Shown here: positions 51,067 through 60,761 of the stretch, in pieces | How the letters are laid out: every line of letters begins with the position of its first letter | How positions within the stretch are numbered: the stretch's first letter is position 1 | Assembly: GCA_963691875.1 (NCBI GenBank) | Contig: OY829846.1 | Span: 1,856,001-1,920,000 of the forward strand | Source: Aureliella sp. | Lineage (GTDB): Bacteria; Planctomycetota; Planctomycetia; Pirellulales; Pirellulaceae | DNA length: 64,000 bases | Direction of reading: 5' to 3' | The notes under the pieces: generated by a model | Told to the model about the DNA's origin: nothing | Databases searched by the model: none | The model's input: the letters and a program-made list of their open reading frames with translations, nothing else | Translations under genes and position numbers: made by a program

Positions 51067-51771
51067 ATGAAACAACTAATCACTTTCTCCCTACTCGCCA
51101 TTTTTACTTCTACCTCCATAGCCCAAGAGGATGGCTTTGTGGATCTGTTCAACGGCGAAGACTTCACGGGCTGGCAGCAAGCCGGCGGAGTCGCGAAGTA
51201 CTCGGTCAAAGACGGCGTGATTATCGGCGAGTCGGTTCCCGGGACTCCCAACAGCTTCATGTGCACGACGCGTCTTTATTACGATTTCGTTCTCGAATAC
51301 GAATATAAGTGTGACTCTTCGCTGAATTCAGGCGTGCAGTTCCGCAGCAATGTTTATTCGATCGACACCAATGTAAAGACGGGTGAAAAGAAGACACGTA
51401 AGATCCCAGCGGGGCGCGTTCACGGTTACCAGTGTGAGATCGATCCTAACAAGCCTGAGCGCATGTGGGTATCTGGGGTCTATGACGAAGCTCGACGTGG
51501 TTGGCTCTACCCAGGAATCGCTGGTGGGGATGCAAAGGCATTCACCGAGCAAGGTAAAAAGACCTTCAAAGATGGTGGCTGGAACAAGGTTCGAATCAAG
51601 TGCGAAAAGAACCACATTCAAACCTGGCTCAACGGCGAGCCACGCGCAGACTTTACCGATGACATGACATCCCACGGAATAATCGCCCTTCAGGTCCACG
51701 GCATTGGCAACAACAAGAAAGCGATTGGCACCAGAGTCATGTGGCGCAACCTAAAGCTCAAAGAACTCTAG
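51067..51771 (+). CDS. DUF1080 family secreted protein
   Basis: Signal peptide; LFNGEDFTGW, NSGVQFRS, GYQCEID, WNKVRI, IALQVH, WRNLKLKEL. Confidence 0.92.
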   Translation: MKQLITFSLLAIFTSTSIAQEDGFVDLFNGEDFTGWQQAGGVAKYSVKDGVIIGESVPGTPNSFMCTTRLYYDFVLEYEYKCDSSLNSGVQFRSNVYSIDTNVKTGEKKTRKIPAGRVHGYQCEIDPNKPERMWVSGVYDEARRGWLYPGIAGGDAKAFTEQGKKTFKDGGWNKVRIKCEKNHIQTWLNGEPRADFTDDMTSHGIIALQVHGIGNNKKAIGTRVMWRNLKLKEL

Positions 51772-51789
51772 GCTTGCGGTGTCCCAAGG

Positions 51790-52581
51790 ATGGATAACTT
51801 TCTGCGAGAGCAAGCGATTACGGAGATCTCGCATCAAGGTTGGATCGAGCACATCGACTGGCAGGCGTCAGTCGACTCGACCAACGCTGTTGCACGCCGA
51901 TATTGCCAAGACGAATCAGCTCAACTGCCCGCCCTATTTGTGGCGGACCATCAAACAGCAGGCAAAGGGCGAAGCCAAAACTCCTGGTGGTCACCCGCCG
52001 GCTGCCTAATGTTCACTTTGGCTTTGCCCAAGTCGTCTTTACGTGCAGAGCCAAATGAATGGTCACAACTCGCCCTTGTTGCCGGCGTGGCGCTGGTGCA
52101 TCTCGCACAGGAGTTTCTCCCTGACTGCAATCCTCAGCTCAAGTGGCCCAATGATCTCTATCTGAGAGACAAGAAATGCGCGGGTATTTTGATCGAGTCT
52201 GCTGCCAATTTGTCGTGGTTAATAGGAATTGGACTCAACGTTACCGTGGATTTTGCAGAAGCCCCAACCGAAATCCAGGACAGAGTGACTTCTTTTCAAT
52301 CGCAAGCAGGGCTGGAAGAGCTGGCCTTACCTGCCGTACTCGCGAGCCTGAGCACCCATTTGCACCACACTATTGATTGCTGGAGTTCTGGACAGGACGC
52401 TTGGCAGTCGACTTGGCAAGAGCATTGCCTGCTGACGGGGAAACAGGTGTTAGTTCGTCCTCCAAGCAGTGAACCAATACTCGGTGTTTGCGAGAGTATT
52501 GATGCTTCTGGTTGCCTGTTAGTTCGCACTCTAGACGGAGTCATCAAGATCACTTCGGGCGAGATTCTCGATTGGCAGTAG
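51790..52581 (+). CDS. birA: biotin--[acetyl-CoA-carboxylase] ligase (no N-terminal HTH)
   Basis: VDSTN, QTAGKGR, KWPNDLY, KCAGILIE, IGIGLNV. Confidence 0.92.
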   Translation: MDNFLREQAITEISHQGWIEHIDWQASVDSTNAVARRYCQDESAQLPALFVADHQTAGKGRSQNSWWSPAGCLMFTLALPKSSLRAEPNEWSQLALVAGVALVHLAQEFLPDCNPQLKWPNDLYLRDKKCAGILIESAANLSWLIGIGLNVTVDFAEAPTEIQDRVTSFQSQAGLEELALPAVLASLSTHLHHTIDCWSSGQDAWQSTWQEHCLLTGKQVLVRPPSSEPILGVCESIDASGCLLVRTLDGVIKITSGEILDWQ

Positions 52582-53367
52582 TCCAAACAGAACGGTGTGA
52601 CAGCCGGTAGGATTGGGCACTATTACTATCCTTGGCCAATTCTAGGAGCAACTTGAGGAATCGAATATTTTCAGCGTTAATATCGGCATCAGCGTGCGTT
52701 TCTAGTCGGTCTAGAATATCTTCGTAAGCATTGGAAATAGCAGTACACGTCAGCTAAAAGAATCGATCAGGATCGTCCTCTGGGAAATCGAGACTCTCGC
52801 GATCGAACTCCACGACCGAATCAACCCCTTATTCGTCTGTCGCGCGAGCTTGATCAAGTTGTCGCAAGAGTGGGTTCACCAAAGAACTCGTCTTTGACTT
52901 CCGAAATTTACTTAGCACCTCCTTCTCTGCATTGCGAACTTGTTTCTCTAACTATGTTTCCTAACAAGACTTAAGGGATTAGCGCAAGCTGTATTTGGAG
53001 AGTGTCAGTCCAAGTGACAGAACCCGGGCTTTGCTGGGATCGCTACCCCAGCGATTGAATTGATTAGACCGACGAGGCCACCTATCACCCGAACTCCATT
53101 GACGACCTTACCGCAAAGTTGACCAATTTGATTGGCCAAATCATGGGGTCGAGTGTTGCCAACCCGTGCAGCTTCGTCTCGAGCCTATTCCAGCAAAATG
53201 CCCCCAGCCAGGGCGAATCTAAGATTCAGGCCAGCGATCAACCTCGGAATTTTGGCGTGGCAGAACGGTATCTATAGAGACCACCTTCTTTTCTTCGACC
53301 GACCGCATACTAGGACTAGGAACATGAAAAGTCAGATTGGCTGCCTGAGATTTACCTCAGAACAACA

Positions 53368-53740
53368 ATGTGGACTTTAAAACTATCGCAGTCCCATCCG
53401 AATGTTTCCTCCATTCTGGTCGTTGACGATGATCGGCATATCCGTAACATCATCAAGAGAATGATCACTTTACACAACATGTAGGCACCACTGCCTCGGA
53501 GTCAGAGCAAGTGAAAGAGCTTTTGGCCTAAGAAACTGCTCATGATATGGTTCTGAGCGATATCCGCACGAAAACACCCACCGAAGGTATCGATTTTCCC
53601 GCTTGCTCTCGAAGGAATATCCTAAAGTTCTGGGCGTTCTAATTTCAGGCTACTACGATGCTGAAGGAGTCGAGGTATTTGAAGTGTTGCGTAAGCCATT
53701 TTCAAGGTCGACCCTTGACGCAGCAATCGGTCTGAAGTGA
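53368..53740 (+). pseudogene. response-regulator receiver (CheY-like) pseudogene
   Basis: SILVVDDDRHIR...* then DMVLSDIR...EGID, VLISGY, VLRKPF; internal stops and frameshifts. Confidence 0.8.
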
Positions 53741-53789
53741 AGCAAATCGGCTGCTCGTGCCCCAATCCTCAATCTAGTCCATTTATCCA

Positions 53790-54932
53790 ATGCGTTTCAT
53801 CTACCTTGATTATGCGGCTTCCACTCCAATCGCGGCAAGTGTTCAAGATGCAATGTCAGCTTTCTACAACGACCACGTTGCGCATCCGAACAGCCAGCAT
53901 TGGGCTGGGCGGGCTGTACAAGAAGCAATTGAAGATGCTCGCAGTCACGTCGCCACTCTACTGAAGTGTCATCCAACAGAGATTCTCTTTACATCTGGTG
54001 GCACCGAAAGCAACAATCTCGCATTGCTGGGATTGGCCCGTTCGCTTCATCCGGATACGTCGACTCTAACACAACCTCCTGAGATCTTGGTTAGCCCGTT
54101 AGAACATGCCTGCGTTTTGGAATGCTGCCGCTTCTTGAGCACTCAAGGCTGGAAAGTGAAAACGGTCGGATGCGACAAATCTGGCGTGATCGATCTTGAT
54201 CAACTGAATGATGCAATTTCAGAAACAACGCGCATCGTGTCAGTCATGCACGCAAGTCATCGCATCGGCACCTTGCAGCCTATTCCGGCTATCGCGGAGA
54301 TTTGCCACTCCAGAGATATCTTCCTGCACACTGACGCTTGCCAATCAGTGGGCAAGACCCCTATTTCTATGGATGAATTGGGCGCGGATTTGCTCTCGCT
54401 TTCTGGCCACAAGATGTACGCCCCCAAAGGAATCGGAGCGCTGTACATAAAGTCAGGCACTCCTGTAGCACCAATGCTGTTTGGAGAAACAGCGGAAAGC
54501 GGTTTGCGACCTGGGACAGCCAACGTCGCCCACATTGTTGCCCTAGGCCAGTCTTGCAAGCTCGCTCACAGCGGTGTCGAGCAATCAGCGATACAGTTGG
54601 CGACCGTGCGTAATCGTTTCCTTGAGCTCCTGCAGAAGGCTCTAGGGAGGGAGATCCAAGTCCATGGCGCTGCCGCCGAACGAGTTACCTCGATCCTCAG
54701 CATTTGCCTGCCGGGGATCAATGCAAACAACCTGCGACGTGCCCTGCCGGAGATATGCTTCAGCATCGAGCAAGATAACCAATGTACATCAAACCAAGAC
54801 TCTCTCTCAGAAATCGGGCTAACACAGGAAGAATCACAGAGCACGCTTCGCTTTTCATTTGGCTGGAACACAAGCGAAGAAGAGCTTCAACAAGCAACTC
54901 AGATGCTCGCGACTGCCTGTGACAATGCCTAA
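53790..54932 (+). CDS. NifS/IscS-like class V PLP enzyme (divergent cysteine desulfurase)
   Basis: IYLDYAASTP, FTSGGTESNN, LEHACV, HTDACQ, SGHKMYAPKGIG, RPGT, TLRFSFG. Confidence 0.88.
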   Translation: MRFIYLDYAASTPIAASVQDAMSAFYNDHVAHPNSQHWAGRAVQEAIEDARSHVATLLKCHPTEILFTSGGTESNNLALLGLARSLHPDTSTLTQPPEILVSPLEHACVLECCRFLSTQGWKVKTVGCDKSGVIDLDQLNDAISETTRIVSVMHASHRIGTLQPIPAIAEICHSRDIFLHTDACQSVGKTPISMDELGADLLSLSGHKMYAPKGIGALYIKSGTPVAPMLFGETAESGLRPGTANVAHIVALGQSCKLAHSGVEQSAIQLATVRNRFLELLQKALGREIQVHGAAAERVTSILSICLPGINANNLRRALPEICFSIEQDNQCTSNQDSLSEIGLTQEESQSTLRFSFGWNTSEEELQQATQMLATACDNA

Positions 54933-54953
54933 GCTAACGCCTTGAGCCGAACC

Positions 54954-57533
54954 TTATCGTGAGTTGAGACAGAATTCTTCAATGCCTGATGGTTTTCGTG
55001 TAGCGAGACTCCCGATGTAGCCTACCAACACGCATGTGACAATTCCGATAAAAGTATAGAGATACCCCTGTATCGAAGTAAAACTCCAGACGCACAACAT
55101 AGTTCCGGTACCAGACAATGCGCCCACCCATGCTCCGCAGCTATTGGCTCTTGGAAACAGAATCCCGAGCACGAACAGTCCACCCAGCACGCCCATAAAC
55201 AATCCGATGACGCCGATAAACACATCAAAAAATGATTTGATGTCAGGATTCAATACGAACAAAACTGCGATCAAAGTCCCCGAAATGCCTAGCAACACCG
55301 TCAATACTTGAGCCAACTTTAGCCAACCAAACTGAGAGTCATCCTTGACAAACGGTCGAATGCAATCGGTGATCAAAGTGGTGGCAACCGAATTCATGCT
55401 TGTCGAAACCGTTGATTGTGCTGCAGCGAAAACGGCGGCGACGATTAGCCCAGAAATTCCGATCGGCAACTCTCGTGATATGAACAGAGGGAATATCTGG
55501 TCGGTTGCAATCGACACATCCATTCTCTCTGGGTGAGCTCGATAAAACAGAAACAGAGCAGTTCCGATCCCAAAGAAGAGAAGTGTCGCTGGGATAGCCA
55601 AAATCGCGTTCGTCCATATCGCTTTGGCGGCGAGCGATTTTGTCTTGGTCGTCATGTAGCGTTGAACGACAGCTTGGTCTGCAGTGTAGGAGGAAGTGTT
55701 CTGACCAATTGCGCCAAGAATGACAACCCAGAATGCGAGCTGCACGTCAAAGGGATTCCAATGTCCGTTCAGAATGTTCAACTTACCACTCTCAGCAGCA
55801 ATTCCGAATGAAGTTCCAATGGAATCGCCCGTTCCAAGCAGCATCCAAACCAAAGCTAGGATAGCCCCACCAAGAAGCACGAATGTTTGTAGCGTGTCTG
55901 TCCATATGACAGCTGAGATTCCGCCGAGCGTACAATAAACGATACTGAGCCCACCCATCAAAATTACTGACTGCATCGGAGTCATCGGTGTCGCAACCGC
56001 CAAAGCCAATCCGGTCAGACTCATCACAATCGCCATGCGAAACAGATGAAAGATGGAGAAGCAAATGCTCCCGAAGACGCGTACGCTCCTGTGAAAGCGT
56101 TTTTCTAGGTACTCATAGGCACTCGTCGCATCAATCTTCCTGTAAAAGGGCAGGGCTACTGCGACTGCGACGAAAGCTACAACGGGAATCATAAAATTCC
56201 CCACCGCATAAACCCAGTCTTGCGCGAAAGCTTTACTTGGCACTCCAGTAAAGGTCAGTGAACTAAGCATTGTTGCAAAGATACTGCATCCTGCAGCCCA
56301 CCACGGAATGCTACCGGATGCTCGAAAGTAGTCGTCAGTGTCCTTCGTTCGCCGCGCGAAATATACACCTATCAGAACCAGAGACGCCAAATACATGACG
56401 ACCACAAAATAGTCTAAGCTCCCGAAGCTGCCGCGATTGCTTGGAACTGAGATTTGCCATGTTTTCGGAGTTCTCACCCGCGGCCGAATTTCCCCGGTTG
56501 GCAAAGTCACTTCTCCATCAAAAATGACGGCAGAGGTCGTGACCTGATTCTGCGGACTCTCCCCCATCGAAATCCATCGATCTGTGATGGCGTTGTAGGC
56601 AAAGGTTCGGCGGGGAAATCCTGGATGATCATCTTTCAATTCATCTGTGCGATGAAAGAGCTTACCGTCATCGCCACTAAGCACCAAAATGTTGCTTTGA
56701 CCGAACTTGATTCCGGTTCCCGCCGTTACCGCGTCCGGTAGCGATGCTCTCTCGCGCCATGTGTCTTTCTGTGGATCGTACTCCCAGCAATCGTTGAGGA
56801 ATTGAACTTCATCGCCGTCTTGGTATCTACCGCCAATCACATAGACACAGTCTCGAAAACCATTGTTCTGGGCAATCGTCATATTGAAAGCCCGCGGTGG
56901 CCCGGGCCAGGCTTCAAGTTGCTGCCACTTGGGCTCGGACTGTGACAGATCCAAAGCCAACATGTAGTTCACAGCTGTATCCAGTGTCGCTCCCGTCTGC
57001 CCACCCGCCACGTAAATCGTATTGCCGATTATGCAGGCTTGGCCGTAGGCCAATGGATGCGGGAGTGAGGGCAACGCAGACTGCGCAATTTTCTGAGATT
57101 CAAAATTCCAACTCAGACGAAAACAATCCGAGAAAATCCGCTCCGCATCATTGCCTCCGATGCAAACTACCCCTTCTCTGGTGGAAACATTGGCACCGTA
57201 TCCGACAGGCTGGCTAAGCTTTCCTACGCTTTGCCACTGGTACGAATCACCCTCCTTCGTCATCGCGAAAATGTCGTCGTGCCAAGCTTTTCCGTTCTCC
57301 CATACTGGCTCAGGGAAGTTGGCTCCCCCAGCAACAAGAAGCACTTCTTCGCTTGCTTTCTGCTTTGAGTTCTGCACGCCAACAAAAGGCCCGGCGACGC
57401 CTAGCCGGCTGGGCAGATCTGGAAGAGGCTTCCACTCAAGTTGTTGTTCTTGAGCCTTGGAAGAGCTGCATAGAGTGCCTGAAAAAAAAATTGAGAGGGC
57501 AAGAAAACGCAGGTTGATCCACAACTTATTCAT
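54954..57533 (-). CDS. Kelch/NanM-like beta-propeller fused to a SiaT-like sodium:solute symporter
   Basis: Signal peptide, Kelch repeats (VAGGANFP, CIGG, YVAGG, YVIGG, GEIRPRVRTP), then SSS (DYFRA..IPWWAAGCSIFATMLSS, SAYEYLEKRF, VIWTD, DQAVVQRY, AAAQSTVS). Probable start ATG 57533. Confidence 0.9.
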   Translation of the reverse strand: MNKLWINLRFLALSIFFSGTLCSSSKAQEQQLEWKPLPDLPSRLGVAGPFVGVQNSKQKASEEVLLVAGGANFPEPVWENGKAWHDDIFAMTKEGDSYQWQSVGKLSQPVGYGANVSTREGVVCIGGNDAERIFSDCFRLSWNFESQKIAQSALPSLPHPLAYGQACIIGNTIYVAGGQTGATLDTAVNYMLALDLSQSEPKWQQLEAWPGPPRAFNMTIAQNNGFRDCVYVIGGRYQDGDEVQFLNDCWEYDPQKDTWRERASLPDAVTAGTGIKFGQSNILVLSGDDGKLFHRTDELKDDHPGFPRRTFAYNAITDRWISMGESPQNQVTTSAVIFDGEVTLPTGEIRPRVRTPKTWQISVPSNRGSFGSLDYFVVVMYLASLVLIGVYFARRTKDTDDYFRASGSIPWWAAGCSIFATMLSSLTFTGVPSKAFAQDWVYAVGNFMIPVVAFVAVAVALPFYRKIDATSAYEYLEKRFHRSVRVFGSICFSIFHLFRMAIVMSLTGLALAVATPMTPMQSVILMGGLSIVYCTLGGISAVIWTDTLQTFVLLGGAILALVWMLLGTGDSIGTSFGIAAESGKLNILNGHWNPFDVQLAFWVVILGAIGQNTSSYTADQAVVQRYMTTKTKSLAAKAIWTNAILAIPATLLFFGIGTALFLFYRAHPERMDVSIATDQIFPLFISRELPIGISGLIVAAVFAAAQSTVSTSMNSVATTLITDCIRPFVKDDSQFGWLKLAQVLTVLLGISGTLIAVLFVLNPDIKSFFDVFIGVIGLFMGVLGGLFVLGILFPRANSCGAWVGALSGTGTMLCVWSFTSIQGYLYTFIGIVTCVLVGYIGSLATRKPSGIEEFCLNSR

Positions 57534-57668
57534 GACGGAAGGCAGGGAAAGAGAAATGCAAGAGGACGGTCTAGCGTCCGGAGAGGAATCACATTCTAGA
57601 GTCCTTTCTCCCATCCGTGGGCCTTCTCTGAGTGAAATGAGATCACACAGCGGGGGACAACCGGTCAA

Positions 57669-59576
57669 TCAGTTCGCCACGAAGCGAATGATTCGGGCAG
57701 CTGACTTACCTTGCTCAGCCCTCAGAAGTCGAACTTTGGCGACATGCTCGCCAGCTGCCAGATCTGCCGCAAACATCACAGTGCGAGGATAGTGCAGATT
57801 ACGACTGTGGCGATGCTGAAGCTCAAACTGCTGAGCTGTGCCTTGATCGATTGCAACTTCGAGAACTCCAGCGTCCGGACCAGCCAACAAATACGCACCC
57901 AACGCACTACCCTGAAAGCGAATCTCGAGAGTCGCGCCGGCCTCTTCCGCACAAAGCAGCGGCAACTTAAGAAACTGCTCACGTTTTCCGCCCGATATCT
58001 CTTTCCATTGAGGTATTTTGATCTGCCATCCCTGGATTAGATTTGCTTGATTTTGCGGCAGCATGCGTCCACCAACGTAGCTCGTTCTATCAAGCAAAGC
58101 ATCTGGAACAGGATGAGCCCGAATCTCTGAAGTGCCATCCTGCCAAGCCGTCTCAAGCAGAGAACGAATCATATCCGCACAAGCTCGATTTCCCGCTGGT
58201 TTTGGATGCACACCTCCATAGACTTTCCAACTCATGCTTTCGTCTTCGATTCGCTCTGAAATCTCCTTCGCCAATACGATAGAAGAAACGCCATAGTGCC
58301 GCACAACTCTCTCGTGCGCCGCAATAGACAAAGGCGTCTCGCCTTTTGCGAACGAATCGAGCATTTTTGTATTGACGAAATGGGTTACCACAATGTCCAT
58401 GTTGGGATTACTCGCCAGCGCCTGCCGGAGAATGCCCTCTACCCCCCGAATACAATTCTGAGTCGAGTGTGCAGCGTCTTGGTCATCATTGACAGCAAAT
58501 TCGACAAAGAACAAGTCGATGGGTTCACCATCCAAAACATGCTCTTGCAGCCGAAAAGCACCAGTAGTAGAGCAAGTCGACGAGATTCCCGCGTTGATAA
58601 ATTCGAATTCGGCCTCAGGAAATTGCTTTTGCAGATCAGCAGCAATCATTGAGCGGTATCCGTTCATTTGAGTGATGGAGCCGCCTATAAAGGCAACTCG
58701 TCCCTTCTTCTTGGAAAGAAAGGTGTTGCGTGAGTTGGTGAGAGTCCCCCGCTTGCGAATGTTCGGCTCCATCGCTTTTCGTACGAAGCGTACAATCTTC
58801 CCCGGCTCTTTCAGAGAGTGCGGATGGTGCCCGACGCCCGGCTTGCGAATCACCTCGATGCTTCCGCCAAGCTCGAGGTATTTCTCCGCTAACAAATCGG
58901 TATTTTCTGCGACAGGTACAACCACATCAGCCTCGCCTACCACATGAAGCAACGGAATGCCTTCCTTCGCCAGCTTCCGAAGCTGAGTTGGATCGAGGGG
59001 GCCGACGACGTCGTCTTCGGCTACCCCTGCCGCCGCGTAGGCAGCCAAGCATTGCTTCCATGTCGCTTCACTGCCCTTCCCATTCCACTCACCTTTCGGC
59101 CAGCTTCGGATATCACACACAGGTGCATCCCCATAGATGCAGGCGACCTTCTCTGGATTGGCTGCGGCCCAATTATAGATTATCAACCCGCCACGACTCA
59201 TTCCTTCTAGCGCAACTCTCTCGCTCAAACCAAATCGCTCGGTGGCAACCTTGTAGAAAGCATTCCAATGCTTCACTGCTCTGGGGCATCCGAACAAACC
59301 TGCAACGTCGCAATAGCCCAAATGATAGCCAGCCTTGAGCAAAGCAATGTCGGCTTGTGGTTCGTGCCCGAAGAATCTTGCACGCCAGATCCAAGGACTG
59401 CCCTCCAGCGATTCTTTTGGCTTGATCACCCAGCACTTGCGGCCCTCGACTTGGAAGTCGACTCTCTCATAACCGTTCCAGTGCAACTTGGGCTCCTGCC
59501 CCAAAGTCCCCGACTGCGCAAGACTAAGCAAGAGAAACGCGACTAAGACTTGGCTCCAGACAGCGCAAACATTCAT
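57669..59576 (-). CDS. secreted alpha/beta-hydrolase + SGNH/GDSL esterase fusion
   Basis: WIWRARFFGHEP, GMSRGG nucleophile elbow, GHHPHS; SGNH blocks FIGGSIT, INAGISS, EFAVND, GVHP. Confidence 0.85.
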   Translation of the reverse strand: MNVCAVWSQVLVAFLLLSLAQSGTLGQEPKLHWNGYERVDFQVEGRKCWVIKPKESLEGSPWIWRARFFGHEPQADIALLKAGYHLGYCDVAGLFGCPRAVKHWNAFYKVATERFGLSERVALEGMSRGGLIIYNWAAANPEKVACIYGDAPVCDIRSWPKGEWNGKGSEATWKQCLAAYAAAGVAEDDVVGPLDPTQLRKLAKEGIPLLHVVGEADVVVPVAENTDLLAEKYLELGGSIEVIRKPGVGHHPHSLKEPGKIVRFVRKAMEPNIRKRGTLTNSRNTFLSKKKGRVAFIGGSITQMNGYRSMIAADLQKQFPEAEFEFINAGISSTCSTTGAFRLQEHVLDGEPIDLFFVEFAVNDDQDAAHSTQNCIRGVEGILRQALASNPNMDIVVTHFVNTKMLDSFAKGETPLSIAAHERVVRHYGVSSIVLAKEISERIEDESMSWKVYGGVHPKPAGNRACADMIRSLLETAWQDGTSEIRAHPVPDALLDRTSYVGGRMLPQNQANLIQGWQIKIPQWKEISGGKREQFLKLPLLCAEEAGATLEIRFQGSALGAYLLAGPDAGVLEVAIDQGTAQQFELQHRHSRNLHYPRTVMFAADLAAGEHVAKVRLLRAEQGKSAARIIRFVAN

Positions 59577-59959
59577 CTAATTTTGGTCATTCCAAGGTAG
59601 GTGTTCATCGAAGCTAGAGGCTTGCGTTTCAAGCATGCATTATACTGCTATTCGCGCCACAAGCTTCACACGACGCAAATCCTTTACGAAGCAAATCCTA
59701 GTTTTGATTTGAGAAATGAGGGCGCTAGCTGCATTCCAGCATTTCCTTGCTTGTGCACTCCGAAACTAAAACGTCAATCCAAATGCACTGTCGTGTACCA
59801 GCTATGAACTGAAGTTCATGTTTTTTGCGAACTGGAGAGCTTCCTGCGGGATGCAGACAGGTCTTTAGTAGAGGTGTAGTGTTTCTTTCTAACAGCTTCT
59901 GTGTCGCAGCCACAAGAATTTAAAGCATTGATGAACGTTGCAGGCAAAGCCCAGTATGT

Positions 59960-60730
59960 ACTGCGGCATCCAGTATATCTTGGTTCCTGGAGGCGAGTTC
60001 CTGATGGGCAGCCCAAGGGATGAAATCCGTCGCAAATCAGCTTACGAGTATCAGCTCAAGGTAACCGTTTCACCCTTTCTAATTGCGAAGTATGAAACGA
60101 TACAAGGTATCTGAAGCGTATGAAGGGCTACAAATTCAATACGATGTTTTAAGGCGAAATGATCCTAACAACCGCTTTGTGGTTCAATGGGCGAGAGTTG
60201 AGTGCAAAACTCAACGCCGATCTCCCGTTCGAGGCTCAGTGGGAATGTGCCTGCCGCGCGGGCGGCACGAATCCTTTCTCCGATACCGGTACGATGAGAG
60301 AATTGGGTTGGAATATTGACTCAGCAGAGAGAAAACTACAATCCTTTGGCCTCAAGCAGCCCAGTGCGTTCGGACTATTTGACATGCACGGCGATGCTCA
60401 AGAATAGGTCTATGATCGCTTCGAAGCAGATTTTACCGCCGTCCTGAGGCAATCGGTTCTGATCCTGTTAATGAACCCGAGATCAAGACACCGGGTAAAT
60501 AGCATCAGCTCGAAAATCGAATCAATCAGATTCCGGACGACCCATACACCAGGAGGAGTTTGCAAACTACTTGGTTGGTAATCGCAGCGGGAACTACGAA
60601 AGCCCCGCTAGCTTCTGTAGTTCTGCGAACCATTTTTTTGGCAGGCCCGTTGTCAACATTACGGGTATCCCTTTCCGACTCATGCCAACGGAAGTACTGA
60701 AGCTGGTATCGTCAATCGACAAGAGATGAG
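59960..60730 (+). pseudogene. FGE/SUMF1-family pseudogene
   Basis: LVPGGEFLMGSP, FLIAKYE, LPFEAQWECACRAG, KQPSAFGLFDMHGDAQE*V, ASFCSSA..., with several stops and frameshifts. Bounds are approximate. Confidence 0.8.
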
Positions 60731-60761
60731 CGTTCGGGTCTTCCACCTAATGCCGTAGCTG

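Noticed and set aside
57482..57490. A9 tract in the signal-peptide region of the Kelch-SSS gene (also A8 near 15004) as phase-variation sites
   Set aside because: The tracts are short, consistent with Phe codons or chance, and the ORF is in frame; no evidence without read data.
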